Source of the DNA: Bryobacteraceae bacterium
GTDB taxonomy: Bacteria > Acidobacteriota > Terriglobia > Bryobacterales > Bryobacteraceae
Assembly (NCBI GenBank): GCA_035484655.1
Contig: DATHOT010000117.1
Coordinates: 16,414 to 80,413 of the forward strand
Length of the DNA: 64,000 nt
Direction: 5' to 3'
Shown here: in pieces, positions 57,348 to 64,000 of the stretch
How the letters are laid out: every line of letters starts with the position of its first letter
Position numbering within the stretch: position 1 is the stretch's first letter
The notes under the pieces: generated by a model
Seen by the model: the letters and a program-made list of their open reading frames with translations, nothing else
What the model was told of the DNA's origin: nothing
Databases searched by the model: none
Program-made: the position numbers and the translations under genes

Positions 57348-60300
57348 ATGAACCAAAACCTGTTTCGATTTGCTCTCGCCGCCGCAGTGGCGTTTACGGT
57401 GTTCGCGGCGACCGAGCGGGCCACTTACAACCCGGCGCTGTGGTCGGGAATGAAGTATCGCATGATTGGCCCGGAGCGCGGCGGGCGTGTGACGACAGTG
57501 ACCGGAGTCCCGTCCCAGCCGTACACGTTTTATATGGGGTCGACGGGCGGCGGCGTCTGGAAGACCACCGATGCCGGACACACGTGGGTGAACGTGTCGG
57601 ACGGATTTTTCGCGGTGGCGTCGATGGGCGGGGTGGAAGTCTCGCTTTCGGATCCGAATATCGTGTACGCGGGCACGGGCTCGTCGAAGATCCGTAGCAA
57701 TGTATCGATCGGCCGCGGCATCTACAAATCAACGGACGCCGGTAAGACTTGGTCCTTCGCGGGCCTGCGTGACATTGGACAAGTCTCGACTGTGCGGATT
57801 CATCCGACCAATCCAAATGTCGTTTATGTCGCCGCCCTGGGGAATCCTTTTGTCCCCAACAAAGAGCGTGGCGTGTATCGCAGCAACGATGGCGGGAAGA
57901 CCTGGAAGAACGTCCTGTTCATTTCCGACACCGCCGGCGCGGCCGATCTCGAGCTTCAGCCCGGCAATCCGAATGTGGTCTTCGCGACGATGTGGCACGG
58001 CCAGCGCAAGCCATGGACGATCATCAGCGGCGGGCATGAAGGTGGGATTTATAAGAGCACGGACGGCGGGGATAACTGGACTAAGCTTTCGGGCGGGTTG
58101 CCGAACGAGCTGTTCGGGCGCAGCAACGTAGCTATTTCCTCTGCGATGCCGAATCGGATCTACGCGCTGATCGAAGCTAAGCCGAGCTCTGGCTTGTACC
58201 GGTCGGAAGACGCGGGCGCGACGTGGGCTCTAGTCAACGGCTCCGGCTCGCTGATCACGCGACCTTTTTATTACGACACACTCGGCGTCGATCCCAACAA
58301 CGCGGATGTCGTGTGGGTGGGCGACGAGGGTTGGTTCAAGAGCGTCGACGGCGGCAAGAATTTCCGCCGGTCGCCGGTTCCGCATGGCGACAACCACGAT
58401 GTTTGGATTAATCCGAAGAATTCGATGTTCATGATCCAGGCTAACGACGGCGGTGCGAATGTCTCGCTCGACGGCGGCCAGACCTGGAGCACGCAATCGA
58501 ACCAACCGACGGCCGAGATCTATCAAGTCGCGTTGGACAATCAGTATCCATATCGCGTTTACGGCGCCCAGCAGGATAACACCACGGTGATCGCACCCAG
58601 CCTGCCGCTCGGCAACGGGCAGGATTTTCGAGTGGGGCCGGGATGTGAAACGGGTCCGATTATTCCAGACCCGGTCAATCCTGAAGTCGTATATGGAAGC
58701 TGCAAGGGCCAGTTCAGCCGTTTGAATCTCACCACCACCGACGAAGAGCGCTACTGGATCGGCGCGCAGTCACTTTACGGCAACGCCGGTAGCGACCTGA
58801 CGTACCGTTTCCAGCGCGTGTCGCCGATGGAGTTGTCGCCGCACGATCCGCACGTTGTTTATTACGGCTCGCAATATCTGCATCGGACGCGCGACGGCGG
58901 TGTGACCTGGGAGAAGATCAGTCCCGATCTAACGGCTCATCCGCCGGGGACGCAGGGTTCGAGCGGCGAGCCGATCACGCGCGACGACACTGGCGAAGAG
59001 GTCTATAGCACGCTGTACTCGATACGCGAGTCGCCGGCGCAAAGGGGTGTCATCTGGACCGGCTCCAATGACGGCCTGGTGTATGTGACGCGCGACGACG
59101 GAAAAAATTGGGCCAACGTCACACCGGCCGGTCTCGAGCCAGGCGGCCGCGTTCAGAATATCGAGCCGAGTCCGCATCGCGCCGGCACGGCTTATGTGGC
59201 CATTTATCGCTACCTGCTGGGCGATTTCGCGCCGTACATTTATCGGACCGATGACTTTGGCAAGAGCTGGGCACGGCTTACGGATGGAAGTAACGGAATC
59301 GCGAAAGACGAGCCGACGCGAGTGGTACGAGAAGATCCGGATCGTGCCGGGCTGTTGTACGCCGGCACCGAATTCGGAATGTATATTTCATTTGACAACG
59401 GGGCGCACTGGCAAACGTTCCAGTTGAATTTACCGGTGACGCCGGTCACGGATATCAAGATCGCTCACAAGGACCTGGTGCTTTCGACACAAGGGCGCTC
59501 CTTCTGGATTTTGGATGACTTGACGCCGCTGCATCAGTTGAACGACCAGATTGCGACGGCGCAGGCAGTTTTATTCGAGCCGCGAGAGGCGATCCGTACT
59601 CCGCAAAGAGGTGGGGGAGGATTGGGAGGACGTTCGGGAGTTCAGTATCCACAGCCCGGCGCGATGATCGATTACTACGTCGCCAGTGCTCCGGCGGATG
59701 AGATTACGCTGGACGTGCTCGACGGTTCGGGCAACGTGATCCGGAAATTTAGTAGCGCAGCCGGTGCCGGCGAAGAGCGCGCGACGGACGCCCAGGCCGG
59801 CGGCGGTGACGACGAAGAGGGCGGATTTCGCATTCGCAGCGGACCGACGCGGCTGGAGAAAAGCGCCGGCATGCACCGCTTCACTTGGGACTTGCGCTAT
59901 CCGGGTCCGTGGATGAACAACGCTCGGCCGGAGGGTCCCAACGGTCCGGTGGCCGCGCCGGGCAAGTACGCGCTGCGGCTGACGGTCGGGTCTTGGACAT
60001 CGACTCAGCCTCTGACTGTGATCGAAGATCCGCGCGTCACCAAGACAGGCGTAACCACCACCGACCTGCGCGAGCAGTTCGATCACAATCTCCGCGTTCG
60101 CGACATGGTGAGCGAGGTAAACAAGGCCGTGGCGCGGGTGCGCGCGGCACAAGCGAGTTTGCGCGACGCCGCCGGAGGATCAGGCGATAAGCTCGCACAA
60201 TTGAACGGCCTGGCATCGCATTTGATCACGCCGTCGATCCGCTACAGCAAGCCGGAGCTGCAAACGCATATCACCTATCTCTACAGCTTGACCAACGCGA

Positions 60301-60407
60301 CAGATCAGAAGATCGGACGCGACGCCGTTGAGCGGTATCAGGAGCTTCGGAAGGAGCTGGATGCGATGATCGCGGCGCTCAATCAAGTCCTGGGGACGGC
60401 GAAGTAG
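57348..60407 (+). CDS. Exported sortilin/VPS10-like BNR (Asp-box) repeat protein
   Basis: ATG at 57348 after AAGGAA. Signal peptide. About ten Asp-boxes (TTDAGHTW, STDAGKTW, SNDGGKTW, STDGGDNW, SLDGGQTW, TRDGGVTW and others). Confidence 0.85.
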   Translation: MNQNLFRFALAAAVAFTVFAATERATYNPALWSGMKYRMIGPERGGRVTTVTGVPSQPYTFYMGSTGGGVWKTTDAGHTWVNVSDGFFAVASMGGVEVSLSDPNIVYAGTGSSKIRSNVSIGRGIYKSTDAGKTWSFAGLRDIGQVSTVRIHPTNPNVVYVAALGNPFVPNKERGVYRSNDGGKTWKNVLFISDTAGAADLELQPGNPNVVFATMWHGQRKPWTIISGGHEGGIYKSTDGGDNWTKLSGGLPNELFGRSNVAISSAMPNRIYALIEAKPSSGLYRSEDAGATWALVNGSGSLITRPFYYDTLGVDPNNADVVWVGDEGWFKSVDGGKNFRRSPVPHGDNHDVWINPKNSMFMIQANDGGANVSLDGGQTWSTQSNQPTAEIYQVALDNQYPYRVYGAQQDNTTVIAPSLPLGNGQDFRVGPGCETGPIIPDPVNPEVVYGSCKGQFSRLNLTTTDEERYWIGAQSLYGNAGSDLTYRFQRVSPMELSPHDPHVVYYGSQYLHRTRDGGVTWEKISPDLTAHPPGTQGSSGEPITRDDTGEEVYSTLYSIRESPAQRGVIWTGSNDGLVYVTRDDGKNWANVTPAGLEPGGRVQNIEPSPHRAGTAYVAIYRYLLGDFAPYIYRTDDFGKSWARLTDGSNGIAKDEPTRVVREDPDRAGLLYAGTEFGMYISFDNGAHWQTFQLNLPVTPVTDIKIAHKDLVLSTQGRSFWILDDLTPLHQLNDQIATAQAVLFEPREAIRTPQRGGGGLGGRSGVQYPQPGAMIDYYVASAPADEITLDVLDGSGNVIRKFSSAAGAGEERATDAQAGGGDDEEGGFRIRSGPTRLEKSAGMHRFTWDLRYPGPWMNNARPEGPNGPVAAPGKYALRLTVGSWTSTQPLTVIEDPRVTKTGVTTTDLREQFDHNLRVRDMVSEVNKAVARVRAAQASLRDAAGGSGDKLAQLNGLASHLITPSIRYSKPELQTHITYLYSLTNATDQKIGRDAVERYQELRKELDAMIAALNQVLGTAK

Positions 60408-60408
60408 G

Positions 60409-62040
60409 GTGGTTATGAGGAAAACCTCTTTAGCGCTCACCGCCGCTTTCGTCTCAAGTGTGCTGGGCGCGAACCTGGCGCCTCCGCCGGACGCGCGCGC
60501 CAAGATCGACAAAATTTTCGAGCGCTTCAACCACACGAATACTCCCGGGTGCGTGGCCGGCGCGACGATCGATGGCGGCACCGTACTTTCGAGTGCCTAC
60601 GGCATGGCCGATCTCGAACATGGCATTGCGCTCGCGCCCGAGTCGATTTTGGAACCCGGCTCCATCGCCAAGCAGTTCACCGCCGCGGCTGTGCTTCTTT
60701 TGGCTCAACAGGGCAAGCTCTCGCTGGATGATCCGGTGCGGAAATATATCCCTGAGGTTCCCGATTACGGCACTCCCATCACCATCCGGCACCTGATCAA
60801 CCACACCAGTGGACTGCGTGACTGGGGCAGCGTGGAAGGCATCGGCGGTTGGCCTCGTACCACGCGCGAGTACACGCATGCCCATGTACTGGAGATTGTC
60901 AGCCGCCAGCGCGCGCTCAATTACCCGCCGGGTGCTGAGTATTCTTACACCAATACAGGTTTCAACTTGGCCGCGATACTGGTGAGCCGAGTGTCCGGCA
61001 AATCGTTCCCGGAATTTACGCGGGAGCAGATCTTCGCTCCGCTCGGCATGGAATCGACCCAGTGGCGCGACGACTTCCGGCGCATCGTGCGCAATCGCGC
61101 CGTCGCCTATTCGCCCAGCGACAACACCTTTCGGCAGGACATGCCGTTTGAAGATGTGTTCGGCAACGGCGGCTTGCTCACCACGGTCGGCGATCTGCTG
61201 CGCTGGAACCGCAATTTCACCGACGCCAAGGTGGGCGGGCGCGCCTTCGTCGATTCCCAGCATCGACAAGGTCGATTGTCAGACGGCCGAACAATCGCCT
61301 ATGCGGCCGGCCTGATGGTGCTGCATTGGAAGGGACTGAACGAGGTTAGCCACAGCGGCAGCACGGCGGGATATCAAGCCTGGCTGGGACGGTATCCCGA
61401 GCAAGGCCTTTCGGTAGCGGTGCTTTGCAACGTGTCATCGGCCAACGCCACCGAGCTCGGGCATCAAGTGGCGGATGTTTATCTGGCAGGCGTCGTCCGT
61501 GAGCCTCCGCACGAAAACGTTGTGATCGAGCCGGTCACTCTCGAAGCTAAGACCGGCTTGTATCGAAGCGTACGCGATCATCAGACCCTCTTGATCGAGG
61601 TTCAAGACGGAAAGCTGCGCATCGACCACCGCGGAGTCCTGGCTCCGGTCTCGGGCGAGGTGTTCCGCCTCGGCGAAGATGGTCCTCGGGCTGAGTTCGA
61701 CTCAACCGGCAAAGGCCTTCGTATGAGCACCCAGGTCGACGAGGGTAACTATTACGAAAAGGTGGAGCGCTGGAATCCGACTCCGTCTGAGCTCGAAGCC
61801 ATTACCGGAGAATATGCCAGCGACGAGGCCGAAGTGAGTTTTCACGTTGCGCTCGAGAAAGATCGTCTGGTCATTCACCGGCGTCCCGACGCCACCATCG
61901 CGTTGACGCCCACTTATCGAGATGGCTTCAGCTCGTCGCTCGGCAGTGTTCGATTCCTGCGCGATTCAGCGGGTCGTTTTACTGAACTCAGCATCGGCGA
62001 ACAGCGCGTCTGGGACATGCGATTCCGAAGAGTGCGCTAA
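60409..62040 (+). CDS. Serine hydrolase, beta-lactamase (class C/esterase) family with C-terminal extension
   Basis: Signal peptide. S-x-x-K motif GSIAKQF, YSYTN, HSGSTAGY. Start is GTG 60409 or ATG 60415. Confidence 0.85.
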   Translation: MVMRKTSLALTAAFVSSVLGANLAPPPDARAKIDKIFERFNHTNTPGCVAGATIDGGTVLSSAYGMADLEHGIALAPESILEPGSIAKQFTAAAVLLLAQQGKLSLDDPVRKYIPEVPDYGTPITIRHLINHTSGLRDWGSVEGIGGWPRTTREYTHAHVLEIVSRQRALNYPPGAEYSYTNTGFNLAAILVSRVSGKSFPEFTREQIFAPLGMESTQWRDDFRRIVRNRAVAYSPSDNTFRQDMPFEDVFGNGGLLTTVGDLLRWNRNFTDAKVGGRAFVDSQHRQGRLSDGRTIAYAAGLMVLHWKGLNEVSHSGSTAGYQAWLGRYPEQGLSVAVLCNVSSANATELGHQVADVYLAGVVREPPHENVVIEPVTLEAKTGLYRSVRDHQTLLIEVQDGKLRIDHRGVLAPVSGEVFRLGEDGPRAEFDSTGKGLRMSTQVDEGNYYEKVERWNPTPSELEAITGEYASDEAEVSFHVALEKDRLVIHRRPDATIALTPTYRDGFSSSLGSVRFLRDSAGRFTELSIGEQRVWDMRFRRVR

Positions 62041-62048
62041 CTTAAACT

Positions 62049-63800
62049 TTGACGCCAACGCCAACCCGGATTTCTCAATGGCTCATCCCGGAAGTGGATG
62101 CGCAGTCTGCGCGCGAGCTGGAGGCGGATCTGGGGATTCAGCCGATCACGGCTCGTGTGCTTCTAGGCCGAGGACTAACTGACGCCGACACCGCCCGGCG
62201 ATTCCTAAGTCCTTCGATCGAACATCTGCACGATCCGCTGCTGCTGACTGGAATGGACCAGGCCGTCCAGCGACTGCGCGCGGCTATCGCCGCTAAAGAG
62301 AAAATCCTGATATACGGCGATTACGATGTGGACGGCACGGTCTCGGTCGTGATTTTGAAAAAGGCGATCGAGCTAGCGGGCGGGGAAGCGAACTATCATG
62401 TGCCGCACCGCCTTCGGGATGGGTACGGAATGCGAGCCGAGGTGATTGAGCGCGCGGCCGCGATGGGCGTCCGTCTGATCATCAGCGTGGATACCGGAAT
62501 CCGGGCCACGGAAGTGGTTCGAGGAGCGGGCGAACTTGGGATCGACGTAATCGTCACCGATCATCATCTGCCGGAAGCCGAGCTTCCGCCCGCGCTGGCG
62601 GTGTTGAACCCTAATCGGCGTGATTGCGGCTATCCCGATAAGAACCTGTGCGGCGCGGGAGTCGCATTCAAGCTAGTGCAGGCGTTGCTGCGAACGCTCG
62701 GATGGCCGGAGGAAAAACTGGCGCGGATGCTGAAGTCGTTCCTGAAGCTGGTGGCCGTGGCTACGGTGGCGGACGTGGTGCCGTTGCTGGGCGAGAATCG
62801 CATCATCGTCAAGTACGGTCTGGAAGGGCTGCAGCGTGTCCACAATCCCGGTTTGCGGGCCTTGCTGGAGGTCTCGGGAATGCTGGAGGGTCGCGCGCCC
62901 AATGCTCGTCAGGTTGCATTTCAGATCGCGCCCCGTATCAACGCGGCGGGCCGTATGGACGATGCGCAGAATGTTATAAAAATGTTCCTGACCGACGATC
63001 TGGAGCAGGCGCGCTATTTCGCCGGTCAGCTTCACTCACTCAACAAGGAGCGCCAGGAGACCGAGGCCGACATCGTGCGGCTGGTGCTGGAGGAATGCTC
63101 GAAAGTTCCCGTTACCGAAGACCAATTCGCGCTGGTGTTCACAGGCGCCAACTTTCATCGCGGTGTGGTGGGAATCGTTGCGAGCCGCCTGGTGGAAAGG
63201 TTCTGCCGTCCGGTATTTGTATTGAGCGAAGAGGAGGGTGAGGCAAGCGGGTCCGGCCGAAGCATCGCCCGATTCCATTTATTGGACGCGCTGGAATCGA
63301 TGCCCGATCTGTTCACGCGCTTTGGCGGTCATCGTCAGGCGGCGGGCGTTACATTGCCGTCCGAACAGGTGATCGAGTTTCGCCGCCGGCTCAACGCCTA
63401 TGCTGCTGAGCGGCTCACTCCCGCAGATTTCCGGCCGCAACTTGCGATCGATGCGCTCATAGATTTGAAAGAGCTGACCACCGGGCCGGCAGTGGAAGAG
63501 ATTTTCGCGATGGCGCCATTTGGTTTCGGGAATCCGGCACCCATACTGGCGATCCTGGACGCCGAGATCGCGGCTACTCCCGTAGTTGTAAAGGAAAAAC
63601 ATCTGCGCGTGCATTTGCGGCAAAACGGAAGAAATCTGCTCTCTACTGCCTGGAATTTCGCGGAACGCGCCGGAGAGTTTTCGGCTGGCGCGCGTACCGA
63701 CGCTGCCTTTTCACTCGAAGAGGACGCCTACTCGGCCAATCGCGGCTGGGGCGGCTGGGCGGCGGTGCTGAAGGATGTTCGTCCTGCCCGCGTGACTTAA
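62049..63800 (+). CDS. recJ: Single-stranded-DNA-specific exonuclease RecJ
   Basis: DHH motifs ILIYGDYDVDGT, ISVDTG and VTDHH. GGHRQAAG (DHHA1). The TTG start is uncertain. Confidence 0.9.
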   Translation: MTPTPTRISQWLIPEVDAQSARELEADLGIQPITARVLLGRGLTDADTARRFLSPSIEHLHDPLLLTGMDQAVQRLRAAIAAKEKILIYGDYDVDGTVSVVILKKAIELAGGEANYHVPHRLRDGYGMRAEVIERAAAMGVRLIISVDTGIRATEVVRGAGELGIDVIVTDHHLPEAELPPALAVLNPNRRDCGYPDKNLCGAGVAFKLVQALLRTLGWPEEKLARMLKSFLKLVAVATVADVVPLLGENRIIVKYGLEGLQRVHNPGLRALLEVSGMLEGRAPNARQVAFQIAPRINAAGRMDDAQNVIKMFLTDDLEQARYFAGQLHSLNKERQETEADIVRLVLEECSKVPVTEDQFALVFTGANFHRGVVGIVASRLVERFCRPVFVLSEEEGEASGSGRSIARFHLLDALESMPDLFTRFGGHRQAAGVTLPSEQVIEFRRRLNAYAAERLTPADFRPQLAIDALIDLKELTTGPAVEEIFAMAPFGFGNPAPILAILDAEIAATPVVVKEKHLRVHLRQNGRNLLSTAWNFAERAGEFSAGARTDAAFSLEEDAYSANRGWGGWAAVLKDVRPARVT

Positions 63801-63847
63801 TAGATATAATCGATTTTCGTCGTTGCAAGAATACTTCAGGAGGAATC

Positions 63848-64000
63848 ATGCGGGGATTTGTGCGCGTATTTATTGGAATAGTGTTGGGGGCCGCGGTTGC
63901 GCTGGCACAGTTGGTGCCCGGCCGGTATGTCGTGGAACTCAACGGCGCTCCACTCGGAGCCGGCGTACGAACCAAGGGACGGGACGCGCTGAGGGATCAA
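63848..64000 (+). CDS. Exported protein, 5' fragment only (3' end outside window)
   Basis: ATG at 63848, 5 nt after AGGAGG. MRGFVRVFIGIVLGAAVALAQ signal peptide. The ORF is open to the window end. Too short to assign a family. Confidence 0.4.
   Translation, partial: MRGFVRVFIGIVLGAAVALAQLVPGRYVVELNGAPLGAGVRTKGRDALRDQ

Overview
GC-rich bacterial chromosomal segment with about 50 protein genes. I found no rRNA, tRNA, CRISPR array, transposase or integrase. Gene content suggests an Acidobacteriota genome of the Solibacter/Bryobacter type. This is an inference from many CarboxypepD_reg-type TonB-dependent receptors, a TIGR03437-like Solibacter C-terminal domain protein, and many Tat/Sec-exported redox enzymes. 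Positions 1-10.9 kb are a housekeeping block: ctp and guaA on the plus strand, then clpX-lon-engB-rho-mutL on the minus strand. The rest is accessory-looking periplasmic metabolism. The region I rate most interesting is 41.9-55.3 kb. On the minus strand it holds a tightly packed six-gene cluster: ModA-like binding protein, dihaem cytochrome c, a PQQ alcohol dehydrogenase with the D-x-D signature of lanthanide-dependent enzymes, a cytochrome c fused to a class I methyltransferase fold, a small Cys/His-rich exported protein, and a TonB-dependent receptor. It shares a 115-nt control region with a divergent arm: TonB receptor, a cysteine-free Oxidored_molyb-like protein, an XRE-HTH/PBP-like regulator, a dihaem peroxidase, and a decayed Mop/TOBE gene. 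Other notable items are: a Tat-signal TPP enzyme followed by a cytochrome c; a Tat-signal MIOX/HD-like protein; a four-gene aromatic-ester operon (MFS, decarboxylase-type amidohydrolase, tannase, MetE-like); a perfect 25-bp inverted repeat with a third partial copy at a gene-decay junction; and three gene remnants (GMC oxidoreductase, TonB receptor C-terminus, Mop). All functional calls rest on motifs read by eye and on remembered family knowledge. No database search was run.
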